DNA of 64,000 bases from Planctomycetia bacterium (lineage in GTDB: Bacteria; Planctomycetota; UBA8108; SXIK01). The position numbers and the translations under genes are program-made. The notes beneath the pieces were generated by a model that was given only the letters and a program-made list of their open reading frames with translations, had not been told where the DNA came from and searched no databases. Below, piece by piece: positions 28,559 to 37,776 of the stretch. The stretch lies in contig SXIK01000196.1 in the NCBI GenBank assembly GCA_005772855.1, forward strand, positions 2,100 through 66,099. The letters run 5' to 3'. The first letter of the stretch is position 1. Each line of letters opens with the position of its first letter.

Positions 28559-29869
28559 TCACGCAAAGACCGTCTTGAGGACGCTTTCGATTTCGTCGAA
28601 GACCCAGTGGACCTCACGGTCGGTGATGACGTAGGGCGGCATGAAATAGAGGACGTTTCCGAGCGGCCTGAGAAGGATGCCGCGGTCGAGAAAGAGCGCA
28701 TTTAGCCTGGGGCCGAGGCCGCTCAGGTAGCCTTGATGGGAGTCCACAGCCAGCTCGATTGCGGCAACTCCGCCGATGTTTCGCGTCTCCATCACGAAAG
28801 GTAAGGTTCCGAGGACCTTCAGGCGCTCTGCGAAGAGCGCCTCGATCGCCTGCACGCGGCTCATCCGCCGTTCCTCGTCGAAGATGGCGAGACTCTCGAG
28901 AGCCACCGCGCACGCGAGCGCGTTGCCGGTGTAGGAATGCCCGTGAAAAAAAGTTTTCGCACGGTCCTCCGACAGAAACGAGGAGTAGATCTCCTCCGTG
29001 ACCAGAGTGGCGGCGAGTGGCAGGTAGCCGGCTGTCAGTGCCTTCGATACGCAAAGGAGGTCCGGCTCGATGGGGCCGTGCTCGCAGGCGAAAAGCCTTC
29101 CAGTGCGCCCGAATCCCGTGAGCACCTCGTCGGCGATGAGCGGACTCCCGTGTTGCGTACAGAGCTCGCGAACCTGACGAAGAAAGGGGGCTGGCCAGAC
29201 GATCATGCCTCCGGCGCCCTGAAGCATCGGCTCGATGATCATGCCGGCGACCTTGCGGCCGTCGCGCTCGAGGATCGCTCCGAGATCTTCCCCGCTGCCG
29301 GAGCGAAACGGCAGGCGGGCTCTGCGCACTTCGAAGAAGAGATCGCGAAAGTTTTGGTGGAAGACCTCGACCCCACCGGCTGCCATCGCTCCAAACGTGT
29401 CTCCGTGGTAGGAGTGGTCGAGTGCCACGAAGAGCCTTCGCCCGGGCTCCCCGCGATTCCGCCAATACTGGTAGACAAGTTTCAAAGCCACCTCGACTGC
29501 CGTGGAACCATCGTCGGAGAAGAAGACGCGGGGGAGGCGACCGGGTGATCTACGAGAAAGCTCCGCTGCCAACCTTGCCCCCGGCTCGTGGGTGAAGCCA
29601 GCGAAGATCACCTGCGACATTCGGGAGGCCTGCTTAGTGAGGGCCTGGTTGAGCCGCGGGTGGCTGTGGCCGTGAATATTGACCCACCAGGAGCTGATGC
29701 CGTCGAGGATCTTGCGTCCGCTCGTCGTGTGGAGGTAGACACCCAAAGCACGCTCGATCGGCACGGCGGGCGGCGCCGTGAGCATTTGCGTGTAGGGATG
29801 CCAGACATGGCAACGGTCGTCCTCAATCCAGGGCTGGGGCTTTGTGACGTCGCTCATGAGCTCACTCAA
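28559..29869 (-). CDS. bioA: Adenosylmethionine-8-amino-7-oxononanoate aminotransferase
   Basis: Class-III PLP aminotransferase with BioA-type N-terminus (WHPYTQM) and a PLP-lysine region. Last gene of the bio operon. Confidence 0.85.
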   Translation of the reverse strand: MSELMSDVTKPQPWIEDDRCHVWHPYTQMLTAPPAVPIERALGVYLHTTSGRKILDGISSWWVNIHGHSHPRLNQALTKQASRMSQVIFAGFTHEPGARLAAELSRRSPGRLPRVFFSDDGSTAVEVALKLVYQYWRNRGEPGRRLFVALDHSYHGDTFGAMAAGGVEVFHQNFRDLFFEVRRARLPFRSGSGEDLGAILERDGRKVAGMIIEPMLQGAGGMIVWPAPFLRQVRELCTQHGSPLIADEVLTGFGRTGRLFACEHGPIEPDLLCVSKALTAGYLPLAATLVTEEIYSSFLSEDRAKTFFHGHSYTGNALACAVALESLAIFDEERRMSRVQAIEALFAERLKVLGTLPFVMETRNIGGVAAIELAVDSHQGYLSGLGPRLNALFLDRGILLRPLGNVLYFMPPYVITDREVHWVFDEIESVLKTVFA

Positions 29870-30527
29870 AGTACTGCTTGAGTCTTCCCTTTCGATCGAA
29901 CAACCGCGCTGCCCGCGTGATGCCTTGCTGGGTAATCGAGCGGATCACCGGCACCTCCGCCAACACATCGACCGAGCCGAACCGCTCGATGGCGCGACGG
30001 TTTTCGGCGTTGGGCGGGCCCGAGAGGATCACTCCGGCGATCTCAAGCCTGCGCGAGCGCGCCGCTTCGAGGGTGAGAAGTGTATGGTTGATCGTGCCAA
30101 GTCGACTTGACGCGACAATCAGCAGTGGCAGGTGCAGCTCCTCGAACAAGCTTGCGAGCAGATAACCATCATCCGTCAGCGGCACGAGCAGCCCACCGAT
30201 CCCCTCGATCAAGAGGTTGCGGCGATCGTCGGCCAAGGCGTGTGTCACGAAGGCGTCGACCACGCGCTCTGGCTCGATCCGCCGGCGCTCGAGGCGCGCG
30301 GCAAGGTGCGGCGAGACTGGTGGACCCAGGGAGTAAACCTCGCTCAGTATCTCGACATTCTTTCCCACGATACCACGGATGATCCGGGCATCGGAGCTCT
30401 CTGACGATCCGGTCGCGATGGGCTTCCAGTACGCGATTCGGCGTCGCCTGGCGTGGCGTGTCAGGATCACCGCGCAGGCGATGGTCTTTCCGACCTCGGT
30501 TCCAGTTCCCGTCACGATGAGGCTCAT
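29862..30527 (-). CDS. bioD: Dethiobiotin synthetase
   Basis: N-terminal P-loop MSLIVTGTGTEVGKT. ~221 aa. Overlaps the bioA start by 8 nt. Confidence 0.85.
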   Translation of the reverse strand: MSLIVTGTGTEVGKTIACAVILTRHARRRRIAYWKPIATGSSESSDARIIRGIVGKNVEILSEVYSLGPPVSPHLAARLERRRIEPERVVDAFVTHALADDRRNLLIEGIGGLLVPLTDDGYLLASLFEELHLPLLIVASSRLGTINHTLLTLEAARSRRLEIAGVILSGPPNAENRRAIERFGSVDVLAEVPVIRSITQQGITRAARLFDRKGRLKQYFE

Positions 30528-30530
30528 GGC

Positions 30531-31664
30531 TCAAGAGGCCTCCACAGCATTGGCCACAGCATCGGCCACCGCGTCAATTTGCTCCTCGGTGTGATCCGCA
30601 TGAATGCTCAATCTCAGGCGTGCGGTGCCGGGTGGAACGGTTGGCGGGCGGACTGCCCGCACGTCGAAGCCGCGGTGCTGCACCTGCGCGGCGACACGTA
30701 GAGCGCGTGCATTGTCGCCGAGAATCACCGGCACTATCGGGCCTTCCCCGGGCGGTACCTGAAGGCCTCGATTCTCGAGGATCGCACGAAGGCGCCGCGC
30801 GAGCGCGTGCGGCCTCTCCCGCAGCTCGGGTTCGCCCTCAACAACGTCCAGTGCGCCATGGAGGCCGGCCGCCAGAAGGGGTGAGACCGCGGTGCTGAAA
30901 ATGAAGGGCCGCGCCTTGTTGATGATCGTGTCGATCACAACCCTGGGCCCGGCCACAAACGCGCCCCAGAGCCCCAGCGCCTTGCCGCAAGTCGAGAGGG
31001 TGGCCACGGCACGCCGTTCGATGCCGAAGAGTTCGCAGAGACCCGAGCCGCGAGTCTTTCCGAAGATGCCGGTCGCGTGGGCATCGTCGACAACAAGGAC
31101 CGCGCCATGGCGATCGGCGGCATCCGCGAGAAGGTTGAGCGGCGCCACATCGCCGTCCACGCTGAAGTAGGACTCGGAGAATAGGAAGTTGCGTCCCCTC
31201 GAGGGGGTATGGGCGAGGAGGTTTTCCAGCGCCCGGACGTCGAGGTGGCCGTAAATTGCCTTCTCGCAGCCAGCGAGGCGCAGGCCGTCGATGAGGCTCG
31301 CATGATTCAGAGCGTCGGAAATGGCTCGATCCTCGGGGCCGATGAGGGCCGTGGCGATTGCAAGGTTGGCCTGATAGCCGCTCGGGAAAAGAAGGGCTGC
31401 CTCCGTGCCCTTGAACCGGGCGAGCCGCTCCTCGACCTCCCTGTGAGCCGCCTCGTGCCCGCGCAAGAGGCGAGAGGCCGGGGCGGAGACGTTGCCCACT
31501 CTTGCGCCCTCGATCAATCGTTCCCGGACTCGTGGATGCCTTGAGAGGCCCAGATAGTCATTCGAGGCGAAATCGATACCGGCGGGCTCTCTCAGGATGC
31601 GGAGTAGCCCGAGCCGTTCGGTTTCTTCCAGCCGCTGCGTTAGCTCAGATAGGAATGGTCTCAT
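30531..31664 (-). CDS. bioF: 8-amino-7-oxononanoate synthase
   Basis: Class-II PLP aminotransferase ([10 protein letters not shown]..., PLP-Lys region STCGKALG). Start set at ATG 31664, 17 nt downstream of the bioB stop. The ORF-track extension to 31835 would overlap bioB by 190 nt and is rejected. Confidence 0.85.
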   Translation of the reverse strand: MRPFLSELTQRLEETERLGLLRILREPAGIDFASNDYLGLSRHPRVRERLIEGARVGNVSAPASRLLRGHEAAHREVEERLARFKGTEAALLFPSGYQANLAIATALIGPEDRAISDALNHASLIDGLRLAGCEKAIYGHLDVRALENLLAHTPSRGRNFLFSESYFSVDGDVAPLNLLADAADRHGAVLVVDDAHATGIFGKTRGSGLCELFGIERRAVATLSTCGKALGLWGAFVAGPRVVIDTIINKARPFIFSTAVSPLLAAGLHGALDVVEGEPELRERPHALARRLRAILENRGLQVPPGEGPIVPVILGDNARALRVAAQVQHRGFDVRAVRPPTVPPGTARLRLSIHADHTEEQIDAVADAVANAVEAS

Positions 31665-32649
31665 CCTGATCTTGCGACGTGACGGGCGACATTCCGAGCT
31701 TTTCAAGAAGCGCGAGGTCGTGGTCCTGGCCCGGATTTGAAGTCGTGAGGAGCTTGTCGCCGGTGAAGATCGAGTTGGCGCCGGCGAGGAAGCAAAGTGC
31801 CTGGGTCTCATCGGACATCTCAAGGCGGCCGGCACTGAGCCGGATGCGGCTCAGGGGAAGCACGACGCGGGCCGTCGCGATCATGCGCACCATGGAGAGC
31901 GGTTCCAGAGGGGGCAGGCCTTCCAGCGGCGTGCCCTCGGCTCGAACGAGCGCATTGATCGGGACGCTTTCAGGGTGAGGACTGAGCGCAGCCAGCACGC
32001 TCAGCAAGTCGGCGCGATCGCCGAGGCTCTCGCCCATGCCAAGGATGCCGCCGCAGCAGACCGTGATGCCGGCCTCACGAACATTTCGGAGAGTCTCAAG
32101 GCGCTCCTCGAAGCTCCGGGTCGAGATAATGCTCTCATAAAACTTGGGACCCGTGTCGAGGTTGTGGTTGTAGGCGCTCAGACCTGCGCCCGCTAGACGG
32201 GTGGCTTGCTCCTTCGTCAACATGCCGAGAGTGCAGCAGGCCTCGAGACCGAGCGATTTGACGCCACGGACCATCTCGAGCACTGCGTCGAACTCCCTCC
32301 CATCGCGTACCTCACGCCAGGCGGCTCCCATGCAGAAGCGGGTCGAGCCCGAGTTGCGCGCTGCTCGGGCGGCGGCCAGCACCTGGCTGACGTCGAGGAG
32401 CTGTTCCGGCTCGACCGTGGTCGAGTGGTGCGCGCTCTGCGGGCAGTAGGCGCAATCCTCCGGACAGGCTCCCGTCTTGATGCTCAGGAGTGTGCAGAGC
32501 TGTACCTCACGGGGGTTGTGGTACTGGCGATGAATCGTCTGTGCTTGATAAAGAAGATCCGGAAAGGGTGAGTCGTGCAGGCGAAGGACTTCCTCACTCG
32601 ACCAGTCGTGGCGCACGCGGTTGTTCTTGGTTGGGGTGGCAAAGGGCAT
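31645..32649 (-). CDS. bioB: Biotin synthase (radical SAM)
   Basis: [10 protein letters not shown] radical-SAM Cys triad. Full-length BioB similarity. First gene of the bioB-bioF-bioD-bioA operon. Confidence 0.9.
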   Translation of the reverse strand: MPFATPTKNNRVRHDWSSEEVLRLHDSPFPDLLYQAQTIHRQYHNPREVQLCTLLSIKTGACPEDCAYCPQSAHHSTTVEPEQLLDVSQVLAAARAARNSGSTRFCMGAAWREVRDGREFDAVLEMVRGVKSLGLEACCTLGMLTKEQATRLAGAGLSAYNHNLDTGPKFYESIISTRSFEERLETLRNVREAGITVCCGGILGMGESLGDRADLLSVLAALSPHPESVPINALVRAEGTPLEGLPPLEPLSMVRMIATARVVLPLSRIRLSAGRLEMSDETQALCFLAGANSIFTGDKLLTTSNPGQDHDLALLEKLGMSPVTSQDQDETIPI

Positions 32650-32815
32650 GAGACGGGGCCTCGATGTGGAATCGGGTTCTCGAAATTGAGACCTACAAGT
32701 TACCGGAAGGCAAATATTAAAAAAAGCAGGGTCTCCTCAGATCGAGGGCCCGCCCTCCCGAAGACTGGTTTCCAGGAGCCTGTTACGGCGGTCGTTCCGT
32801 CGGCCCACGGCCAGG

Positions 32816-34906
32816 ATGATCCGCCGAAATTGGTCACAAGGAGAGCCCCCAGCCTTGAGTGAGCACGATCCCCCCTTTCTCTTGAAATTCTACATGGACC
32901 GCGACCTGCGGTACGGCGATGTCCCCCTCCATCGTCGTGTGACTGTCGGGCGAGGCCGCGAGAACGATGTGGTCCTGAACCACAACAGCGTCTCGCGCCG
33001 CCACGCGACTTTCTTCGTGGAGAAAGCTGGCTCAGCTCTCGTGGTGCTCCTGCGTGACGAGGGCAGTCGCAACGGCTGTATCGTAAACGGTCGACCTGTG
33101 CGCGGCACTGAGGTGCTCGTGAAGCCAGGTGATTGTATTCAGCTGGGCGTTTTCCTCGTCGACCTCACGCTCACGAATCTGAAACAGGAAGCCGAACCGG
33201 TTGACGATCTTAACTCTGACATCGTCCTTGAGGTCTCGCCGTCCAGCCGGACGGCGCTTCCCGACGAACGGCTCCGCGTGCTCTACGAGCTTGTCGCGGG
33301 GATCGATCTCCTCGACAACGAGAAAGTCCTGCCGGCCGTGGCGGAGTGGATCGGAAAAACGCTTCCCTTCGGTGTGCTGTACATGCTGCTGGAAGACGAG
33401 CAGGGCGCCGCCAAGATCTTTGCCTCGACGCCCAATGGCCCATGTGATCCCGCACGGATTTCGGTCAGCCGCAGCCTGATCAACAAGTGCCACGCTGAAG
33501 GCGTTGCGGTGCTAGCAGGCACGAGCGGAGTGCAGAGCCTGGATGCCGAGGGGACAGCTATTTTCAAGTCTCTCAAGTCGGCCATGTGCGTCCCTTTCCT
33601 GGGCCAATCGCGGTGCATGGGTGTGACTTATGCAAGCAGCCCATCCGATCGCGTCTACACGAGAGAGGACCTTCAGTTCCTGATCCTGGTCACGAGCAGC
33701 GTGACCCACAGTGTGGAGGCAAGGCGGGCGCTCGCCGCGGTGCGGGAGGAGAAGGAGAAAATCGAGAAGATTCTGGGGAGCCTCAAGGAAGCTGTCCTTC
33801 TTCTGGACAGCGATTTCAGGATTTTGCGTCTGAACCTGGCAGCGAACGAGGTCTTCGACGGGCGCGAGGTGGTGGGGCTGAAGCTCGCCGAGGCTCTTGT
33901 GGGCTATCGCAGCACGGCGGACCTGGAGACCCTGGATGGGCTTTCGAGCTTTGAGATTGAGGAGGATTCTGAGGCTTCGAAGGTTCGCGACTCTGCCGGC
34001 GTCTTGCCGCGCATCTATGAGGGCAAGATTTCACGCAGCGACGGGGCCGGGTCGATGAACTGGCGCTATGTCGCGTGCCTGCACGATGTCAGCCAATCGA
34101 GGCACCTGGAGCGGACGAAGTCCCTGTTCGTCAACCGGTTGGCGCACAAGATCATCACGCCTCTTACAGTCGTTACCAGTGTGAACTTTCTCGTCGCCGA
34201 ACATGTCGAGCGCCTGGGTGACGAGGAGCTGAAGCGTCTCCTGGCCCAGAGCATCAAGGAATCGGAACATTGCTCCGCCTTGATTCGACAGCTTGTTGAC
34301 TACACCGTAATGAACTTCGGGAACAGCTCTGCATCCCGCAAGAGAATGCATTGCCGGTTCGAGAGTCTGATCGAGCGTGCGCTGATCTCGAACAACGACC
34401 TTATCGTGAGCAAGCAGTTCAAGGTCTTGCCTCGGATTGCCGAGGACGCCACCGAGGCCCTCGGTGATTTTGAGCAATTGGGCCTTGTTTTTCAGCATTT
34501 GGTGCAAAATGCGGTGAAGTTTGGCTGCCAAGGTGGCTCGGTTCAGGTGTCCACGGAGCTCATGGGACGGGAGGTCAAGGTCTCCTTTCTGGACGATGGG
34601 CCGGGGATCCCACCGGGCGAGATGAAGAACGTCGGGCAGATGTTCTATCAGTTCGACCCGCAAAACACGGGCGAGGTGCCCGGCTCGGGTGTTGGGCTCT
34701 GGCTTGTGCGTGAGATCGTGCGCAGCCATGGGGGCGATGTCAAACTTTCAAGCCCGACGGCCCAGGACGGCACCGGCACCTTGGTCGAGCTTGTCCTCCC
34801 TGCTGCGACGGCCAAGACCCCGCTGGGCAACCTCGCGCTCGACCCGCCCACGGACACCATTTCGAGGGAGGTCGTCAACACAGCGCTCGAGAACGCGGTG
34901 TCGTGA
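32816..34906 (+). CDS. Cytoplasmic sensor histidine kinase with N-terminal FHA domain and central GAF-like domain
   Basis: FHA core (VTVGRGRENDVVLNHNSVSRRHATF...NGCIVNGRPV). HisKA H-box (FVNRLAHKIITPL). HATPase_c N/G boxes (LVQNAVKFG, DDGPGIPPGE, GSGVGLWLVREIV). No TM segments. A better start may be ATG 32894 (MDRDLRYGD). Confidence 0.75.
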   Translation: MIRRNWSQGEPPALSEHDPPFLLKFYMDRDLRYGDVPLHRRVTVGRGRENDVVLNHNSVSRRHATFFVEKAGSALVVLLRDEGSRNGCIVNGRPVRGTEVLVKPGDCIQLGVFLVDLTLTNLKQEAEPVDDLNSDIVLEVSPSSRTALPDERLRVLYELVAGIDLLDNEKVLPAVAEWIGKTLPFGVLYMLLEDEQGAAKIFASTPNGPCDPARISVSRSLINKCHAEGVAVLAGTSGVQSLDAEGTAIFKSLKSAMCVPFLGQSRCMGVTYASSPSDRVYTREDLQFLILVTSSVTHSVEARRALAAVREEKEKIEKILGSLKEAVLLLDSDFRILRLNLAANEVFDGREVVGLKLAEALVGYRSTADLETLDGLSSFEIEEDSEASKVRDSAGVLPRIYEGKISRSDGAGSMNWRYVACLHDVSQSRHLERTKSLFVNRLAHKIITPLTVVTSVNFLVAEHVERLGDEELKRLLAQSIKESEHCSALIRQLVDYTVMNFGNSSASRKRMHCRFESLIERALISNNDLIVSKQFKVLPRIAEDATEALGDFEQLGLVFQHLVQNAVKFGCQGGSVQVSTELMGREVKVSFLDDGPGIPPGEMKNVGQMFYQFDPQNTGEVPGSGVGLWLVREIVRSHGGDVKLSSPTAQDGTGTLVELVLPAATAKTPLGNLALDPPTDTISREVVNTALENAVS

Positions 34907-36417
34907 GGTCAGGATTGGCGAGCTTCACTTGTGAACCAGGGAAGGCTTTGCTACCTTTTCCGCCAATGCACAAGGCGGTGGATTCAGTCGAGTCGGTGCC
35001 CCGGCAGCGTCGCACGATTTGGTACATGGGCGTCAAGACGCGGGTGCTGCCCAATTTTCTCGATGGCGTGCTCGCGGACGAGGCCCCTTTGGGGGCGACG
35101 GTCGTCGATCTCATGAGCGGGAGCGCGGCCGTCGCCGCCCACTGCGCGAACCATTATCGGGTTTACGCCAACGACGTGCAGCGCTACGCGCAGGTGATCA
35201 GCTCGAGTCTCATCGAGCACGATCCTCTTCGAAAATCGGGCTTTCTGGAGTCGCTCGATGCCCGGAGCGCCCTGGATTCCGCCTTCAGGAGTAACTTGAG
35301 GGCGCTTGAGAAGCTTTACGCGAGAGCCCTGGAGGCGGAAGAGAGCCTCTTGAAGCGCCATGCCTCGGGAGATGAGAGCGACCAGTGGTGTGCCGACTAC
35401 AGGCGATTTCTTAATCAGCCTCGATCGGTCTACGCTACCACGGGCCAGAAGGGCCCAGCGAGCCACGGTGGCCTTTACGAGGAGGCTCAGGCCTTGCTGT
35501 CGGACGAGTCCATCGCCGCCTACCGACACGATCCCTCTCGCCGCCCGGCCTGCCTCACGACAGCCTACTATGCCAACATTTACTTCGGCCTGCGCCAGTC
35601 GATCGTGATCGACAGTCTCCGTGCGGCGATCGAGGACCTTCCAGCGTCCTCAATCCATGCCAGGGAGACGCGCACGCACTACCTCTCGGCGCTGCTCCAT
35701 GTGGCTTCCATCTCTACCTCGGGCACGTCGCACTTTGCGCAGCCACGCCACACCACGAAGGATTCAGAGCTGAAGGCGCTCGCCGCACGCCGCACGATCG
35801 ACATCTTCGAACGATTTCAGTTCTGGTCGTCGGAGATCGCGCTCCAGGTTCGCGAGACGACCCACTTGTCAGGAAACCAAACCTTTTCGGCGCCGTATCG
35901 CGAATTCATCAACGACGGCAGCCAGGGCCCCGAGCTCCGATTCCCGGGCCCGGTCGACCTGGTCTACCTGGACCCTCCCTATACTGCGGATCACTACTCA
36001 CGCTTTTATCACGTGCTTGAGGTGCTCGCTCGCCACGACTATCCGGAGCTAGATCGCGACGCGAGCGGTAGCGTCCTTCGCGGACGCTACCCGAAGCTTG
36101 CAGGGCGCTTCCAGTCAGAATTCTGCCTCAAGACGCGGGTCGAGGAGGAGTTTCGCACGGTCGTCCACGCAACGGCCGGAGCGGGGGCAAAGCTGGTGAT
36201 AAGCTACGCCTCGCCCACGGGGTTGCTCCTGAAGGAGTACGTGCGGCGCTTTCCGGAGAAGGATCCTGTCGAGCAGCTGCGGCAGCTCTGCCGGGAGCGC
36301 TACGAGACGGTTCGAGTGGAGCGCATGCCGCTCATGCATTCGGGTCAGGGCGACAGTAACCTTCAAATTGACGAGATCCTGGTGGTCTGCACCCGGCCGC
36401 GTGGGCCAAAGGCTTGA
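34903..36417 (+). CDS. Orphan Dam-family (D12 class) N6-adenine DNA methyltransferase with a ~200-aa inserted region
   Basis: N-terminal W-x-G-x-K (WYMGVK, cf. Dam WAGGK). Motif I-like DLMSGSAAV. Catalytic DPPY (YLDPPYTAD). C-terminal collinearity with Dam (AGAKLVISYASP; VRVERMPLMHSGQGDSN..IDEILVV). GTG at 34903 overlaps the kinase stop (GTGA); alternative ATG at 34966. Confidence 0.65.
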   Translation: MRSGLASFTCEPGKALLPFPPMHKAVDSVESVPRQRRTIWYMGVKTRVLPNFLDGVLADEAPLGATVVDLMSGSAAVAAHCANHYRVYANDVQRYAQVISSSLIEHDPLRKSGFLESLDARSALDSAFRSNLRALEKLYARALEAEESLLKRHASGDESDQWCADYRRFLNQPRSVYATTGQKGPASHGGLYEEAQALLSDESIAAYRHDPSRRPACLTTAYYANIYFGLRQSIVIDSLRAAIEDLPASSIHARETRTHYLSALLHVASISTSGTSHFAQPRHTTKDSELKALAARRTIDIFERFQFWSSEIALQVRETTHLSGNQTFSAPYREFINDGSQGPELRFPGPVDLVYLDPPYTADHYSRFYHVLEVLARHDYPELDRDASGSVLRGRYPKLAGRFQSEFCLKTRVEEEFRTVVHATAGAGAKLVISYASPTGLLLKEYVRRFPEKDPVEQLRQLCRERYETVRVERMPLMHSGQGDSNLQIDEILVVCTRPRGPKA

Positions 36418-36418
36418 A

Positions 36419-37552
36419 TCATTCGCGCAGCCGCGCGATCAGCCCGTCTGTCCTGAGTACGGCGATGGCCTCCTCGGCCAGGGCGCGCGTCGCGAAAGCA
36501 AGCCTCATTGTGCCGGCTTCTCCCTCCCGCACCTTCAACACCTCGATGTCTTGAATGTTGATGCCGCGCGTGGCGAGCGGCTGCGCGATCCGCAAGATCA
36601 TGCCCGGTTTGTCCTCGACGACCACGAGGACGTCCCAGAGCTGGCTCAAGAAGCCCTTGGAGTCCCTGGGAATCTCGGCACGAGTCCGGCTGGCGCGGTC
36701 GAAAATCTTCTCGAGCCGTCCGTTGTTGAGGCCCCGCAGTGATTCTCGCGTGGAGTCAAGGAAGCGAAGGAGCACGTCCTCGATCACGTCGCGGTTCGTC
36801 TGCACAATGTCTTTCCAGACGTCGAACGAGCTCGAGGCAATGCGGGTCATGTCGCGGAAGCCCCCGGCGGCAAGGTGCACTCCGTGCTCCCGGTTGGATC
36901 CGAGGTCGTCAAGGAACTTGACGAGGCTGACGGCGAGGAGCTGTGGGAGATGGCTGATTGTTGCGGCGATTCGGTCGTGGTCAGCGGCGGAGAGCACCAC
37001 GACACGAGCTCCCGAGCGAGCAATGAATTGCCCAAGTTTCTTCACCTCGGCCTCGGGCACGGAGGGTGAGGGCGTCAGCACGTAGTAAGCGTTTTGATAG
37101 AGGAAGGGGTCTGCCGCGCGAACGCCACGCTGTTCGGAGCCGCACAGTGGGTGCCCGCCAATGAAACTGCCTTCGGGCAGGTTTCGTGCCGCCGCAAGGA
37201 TGGCCCGCTTGGTGCTTCCGACATCACTCACGACAACGCCGGGCCGAAGCCTGTCTGCGGAAGCACTGAGCTGTTGTAAGTGATCCAGGATCATGGAAAT
37301 TGGGCTCGCAAGGACAACAAGATCGGCGTGTGCTGCCGCATCGAGCAGGTGCTCGTAGGGGAAGCCCTCGTCGATGGCGCCCAGGCGTTGAGCTTCCACC
37401 AGAGTTTCGCCACGGCTGACCCCCAGAATTCTCCCCGTGTAACCCGAGCGGCGCAGTGCCAGGCCGAGTGATCCGCCCATCAGGCCTACGCCCACAATCG
37501 CAATCGATGCGTAGGGCTCCGCATTCGTGTTCTGGGGGTTAGTCGGTTGCAT
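36419..37552 (-). CDS. tyrA: Prephenate/arogenate dehydrogenase with C-terminal ACT domain
   Basis: N-terminal NAD-binding IAIVGVGLMGGSLGLALRRSG. PDH core. C-terminal ACT-like regulatory domain. Confidence 0.8.
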   Translation of the reverse strand: MQPTNPQNTNAEPYASIAIVGVGLMGGSLGLALRRSGYTGRILGVSRGETLVEAQRLGAIDEGFPYEHLLDAAAHADLVVLASPISMILDHLQQLSASADRLRPGVVVSDVGSTKRAILAAARNLPEGSFIGGHPLCGSEQRGVRAADPFLYQNAYYVLTPSPSVPEAEVKKLGQFIARSGARVVVLSAADHDRIAATISHLPQLLAVSLVKFLDDLGSNREHGVHLAAGGFRDMTRIASSSFDVWKDIVQTNRDVIEDVLLRFLDSTRESLRGLNNGRLEKIFDRASRTRAEIPRDSKGFLSQLWDVLVVVEDKPGMILRIAQPLATRGINIQDIEVLKVREGEAGTMRLAFATRALAEEAIAVLRTDGLIARLRE

Positions 37553-37587
37553 GGAGCCGCAATGTTACCTCAAGGGAATCCGGCAGA

Positions 37588-37738
37588 GTATGTATACTCC
37601 TCGCGGCGATGATCGGGACATCCTGGCCACCGCTCCCTCCCCCTCGGCGCCGGAGGCGCCCGGCGCTTATCGAGCGCCGAGGAGGGGGAGGACGCCGCCA
37701 GGCGGCCGGTGCTGGGGAGGTCTCCCTCCCCAGCGAGG
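37588..37738 (-). repeat. Intergenic repeat element, copy C (inverted orientation, expanded with an extra palindromic module)
   Basis: Reverse complement matches copies A/D end to end (gtatactcc.cgcggc.atgat.ggg..atcctg.cca.cgctc ... ggcgccggaggcgcc ... ggggaggtctccc). Carries the additional ggcgcttatcgagcgcc palindrome also present in copy B. Confidence 0.7.
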
Positions 37739-37776
37739 AGGATAGAGTCTGTCGCCGTCCGGTTCGAGCCAGTATC

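Noticed and set aside
30531-31835. 434-aa version of bioF starting at 31835
   Set aside because: It would overlap bioB by 190 nt with a low-complexity N-terminus. The ATG at 31664, 17 nt after the bioB stop, gives a normal-length BioF.
32650-32815. Possible BirA operator (bioO) in the bioB / kinase divergent region
   Set aside because: The region is AT-rich (caaatattaaaaaaagca), but I could not find a convincing inverted repeat of the TGTAAACC/GGTTTACA type. Left as an unannotated promoter region.
34903-34966. Exact start of the Dam-like MTase (GTG 34903 overlapping the kinase stop versus ATG 34966)
   Set aside because: It cannot be decided from sequence. Both keep the W-x-G-x-K motif. The feature is reported from 34903 and the ambiguity is noted. 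Either start keeps the genes adjacent on the same strand.
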